From: Octopus sinensis
Lineage: Eukaryota
Reading direction: 5' to 3'
NCBI RefSeq assembly: GCF_006345805.1
Contig: NC_042998.1
Location: forward strand, 38,006,001-38,070,000
Length of the DNA stretch: 64,000 nt
The position numbers and the translations under genes are program-made. Position 1 is the first letter of the stretch. Every line of letters begins with the position of its first letter. The notes below the pieces were generated by a model. That model ran no database searches and was not told the DNA's origin. It saw only the letters and a list, made by a program, of their open reading frames with translations. Below are positions 63,497 through 64,000 of the stretch, piece by piece.

Positions 63497-63698
63497 TAGC
63501 TCAAGGCCCGAAATTTTGGCGGAGCGAGGCAGTCGATTAGATCGACCCCAATACGCAACTGGTACTTGATTTATTGACTCCGAAAGTATGAAAAACAGAG
63601 TCGACCTTGGCGGAATTTGAACTCAGAATGTAAAGACAAACGAAATACCTCTATGCATTTCGCCCGGCGTGCTAACATCTCTGCCAGTTCCTCGCCTT
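63497..63698 (-). mobile_element. SINE family A
   Basis: Core and head in reverse complement. Confidence 0.75.
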
Positions 63699-64000
63699 TT
63701 TAAATGTATATATCGCTGTTTGTATGTGCATGAACTCTATATATGTGTGCGCATGCGTGTATGCGTATATGTGTTTTGTGCGAGAAAGAGATGGAGTGAG
63801 AGGGAGAAAGAATATAGAAAGAAAGAAAGAGAGAGAGGGGAAATAAATAATGATGTATGTTTGAAACTAAAAGTTCTTCCATTCGGAATAGTTTCAAAAT
63901 AGGTTCTATATATTTCTTAGACGTTTTATGTGGATGTAGGTGCCTGAAATTCAAAGACACAATTAGCTTGATTAGCTTGCTCATTATATATTGATATGTA

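Overview
AT-rich, repeat-dominated eukaryotic genomic DNA. The SINE families resemble those I recall from Octopus/coleoid cephalopods; this is recalled, not searched. No host protein-coding gene, rRNA, tRNA gene or CRISPR array can be supported, and most ORF-track entries are microsatellite artefacts. The left ~18.4 kb is a dense nest of R4/Dong-like non-LTR retrotransposons (RT + C-terminal restriction-like endonuclease, RLE) from at least four families plus a non-coding ~560-bp passenger element, almost all in (AAT)n tracts and in the same orientation relative to the tract. Two family-A copies stand out: one 5'-truncated but otherwise frameshift-free (1740-4489, +) and one full-length but decayed (10803-14897, -). 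Both carry the SAME in-frame TAA between RT and endonuclease, although they differ by synonymous-enriched substitutions on both sides of it. This suggests programmed readthrough or termination-reinitiation. The right 45 kb holds tRNA-derived SINEs, Tx1-like and Penelope-like LINE relics, a Helitron-type element, a Chapaev3-like DNA transposon with TIRs, a TAA TSD and a 5'UTR intron, and (TA)/(GT)/(GATA) microsatellites. It also contains an intact-looking minimal type I hammerhead ribozyme (50465-50534, -) in a 230-bp highly structured retrozyme-like unit, a triple CRE (TGACGTCA) tandem array, and a 246-bp near-perfect palindrome.
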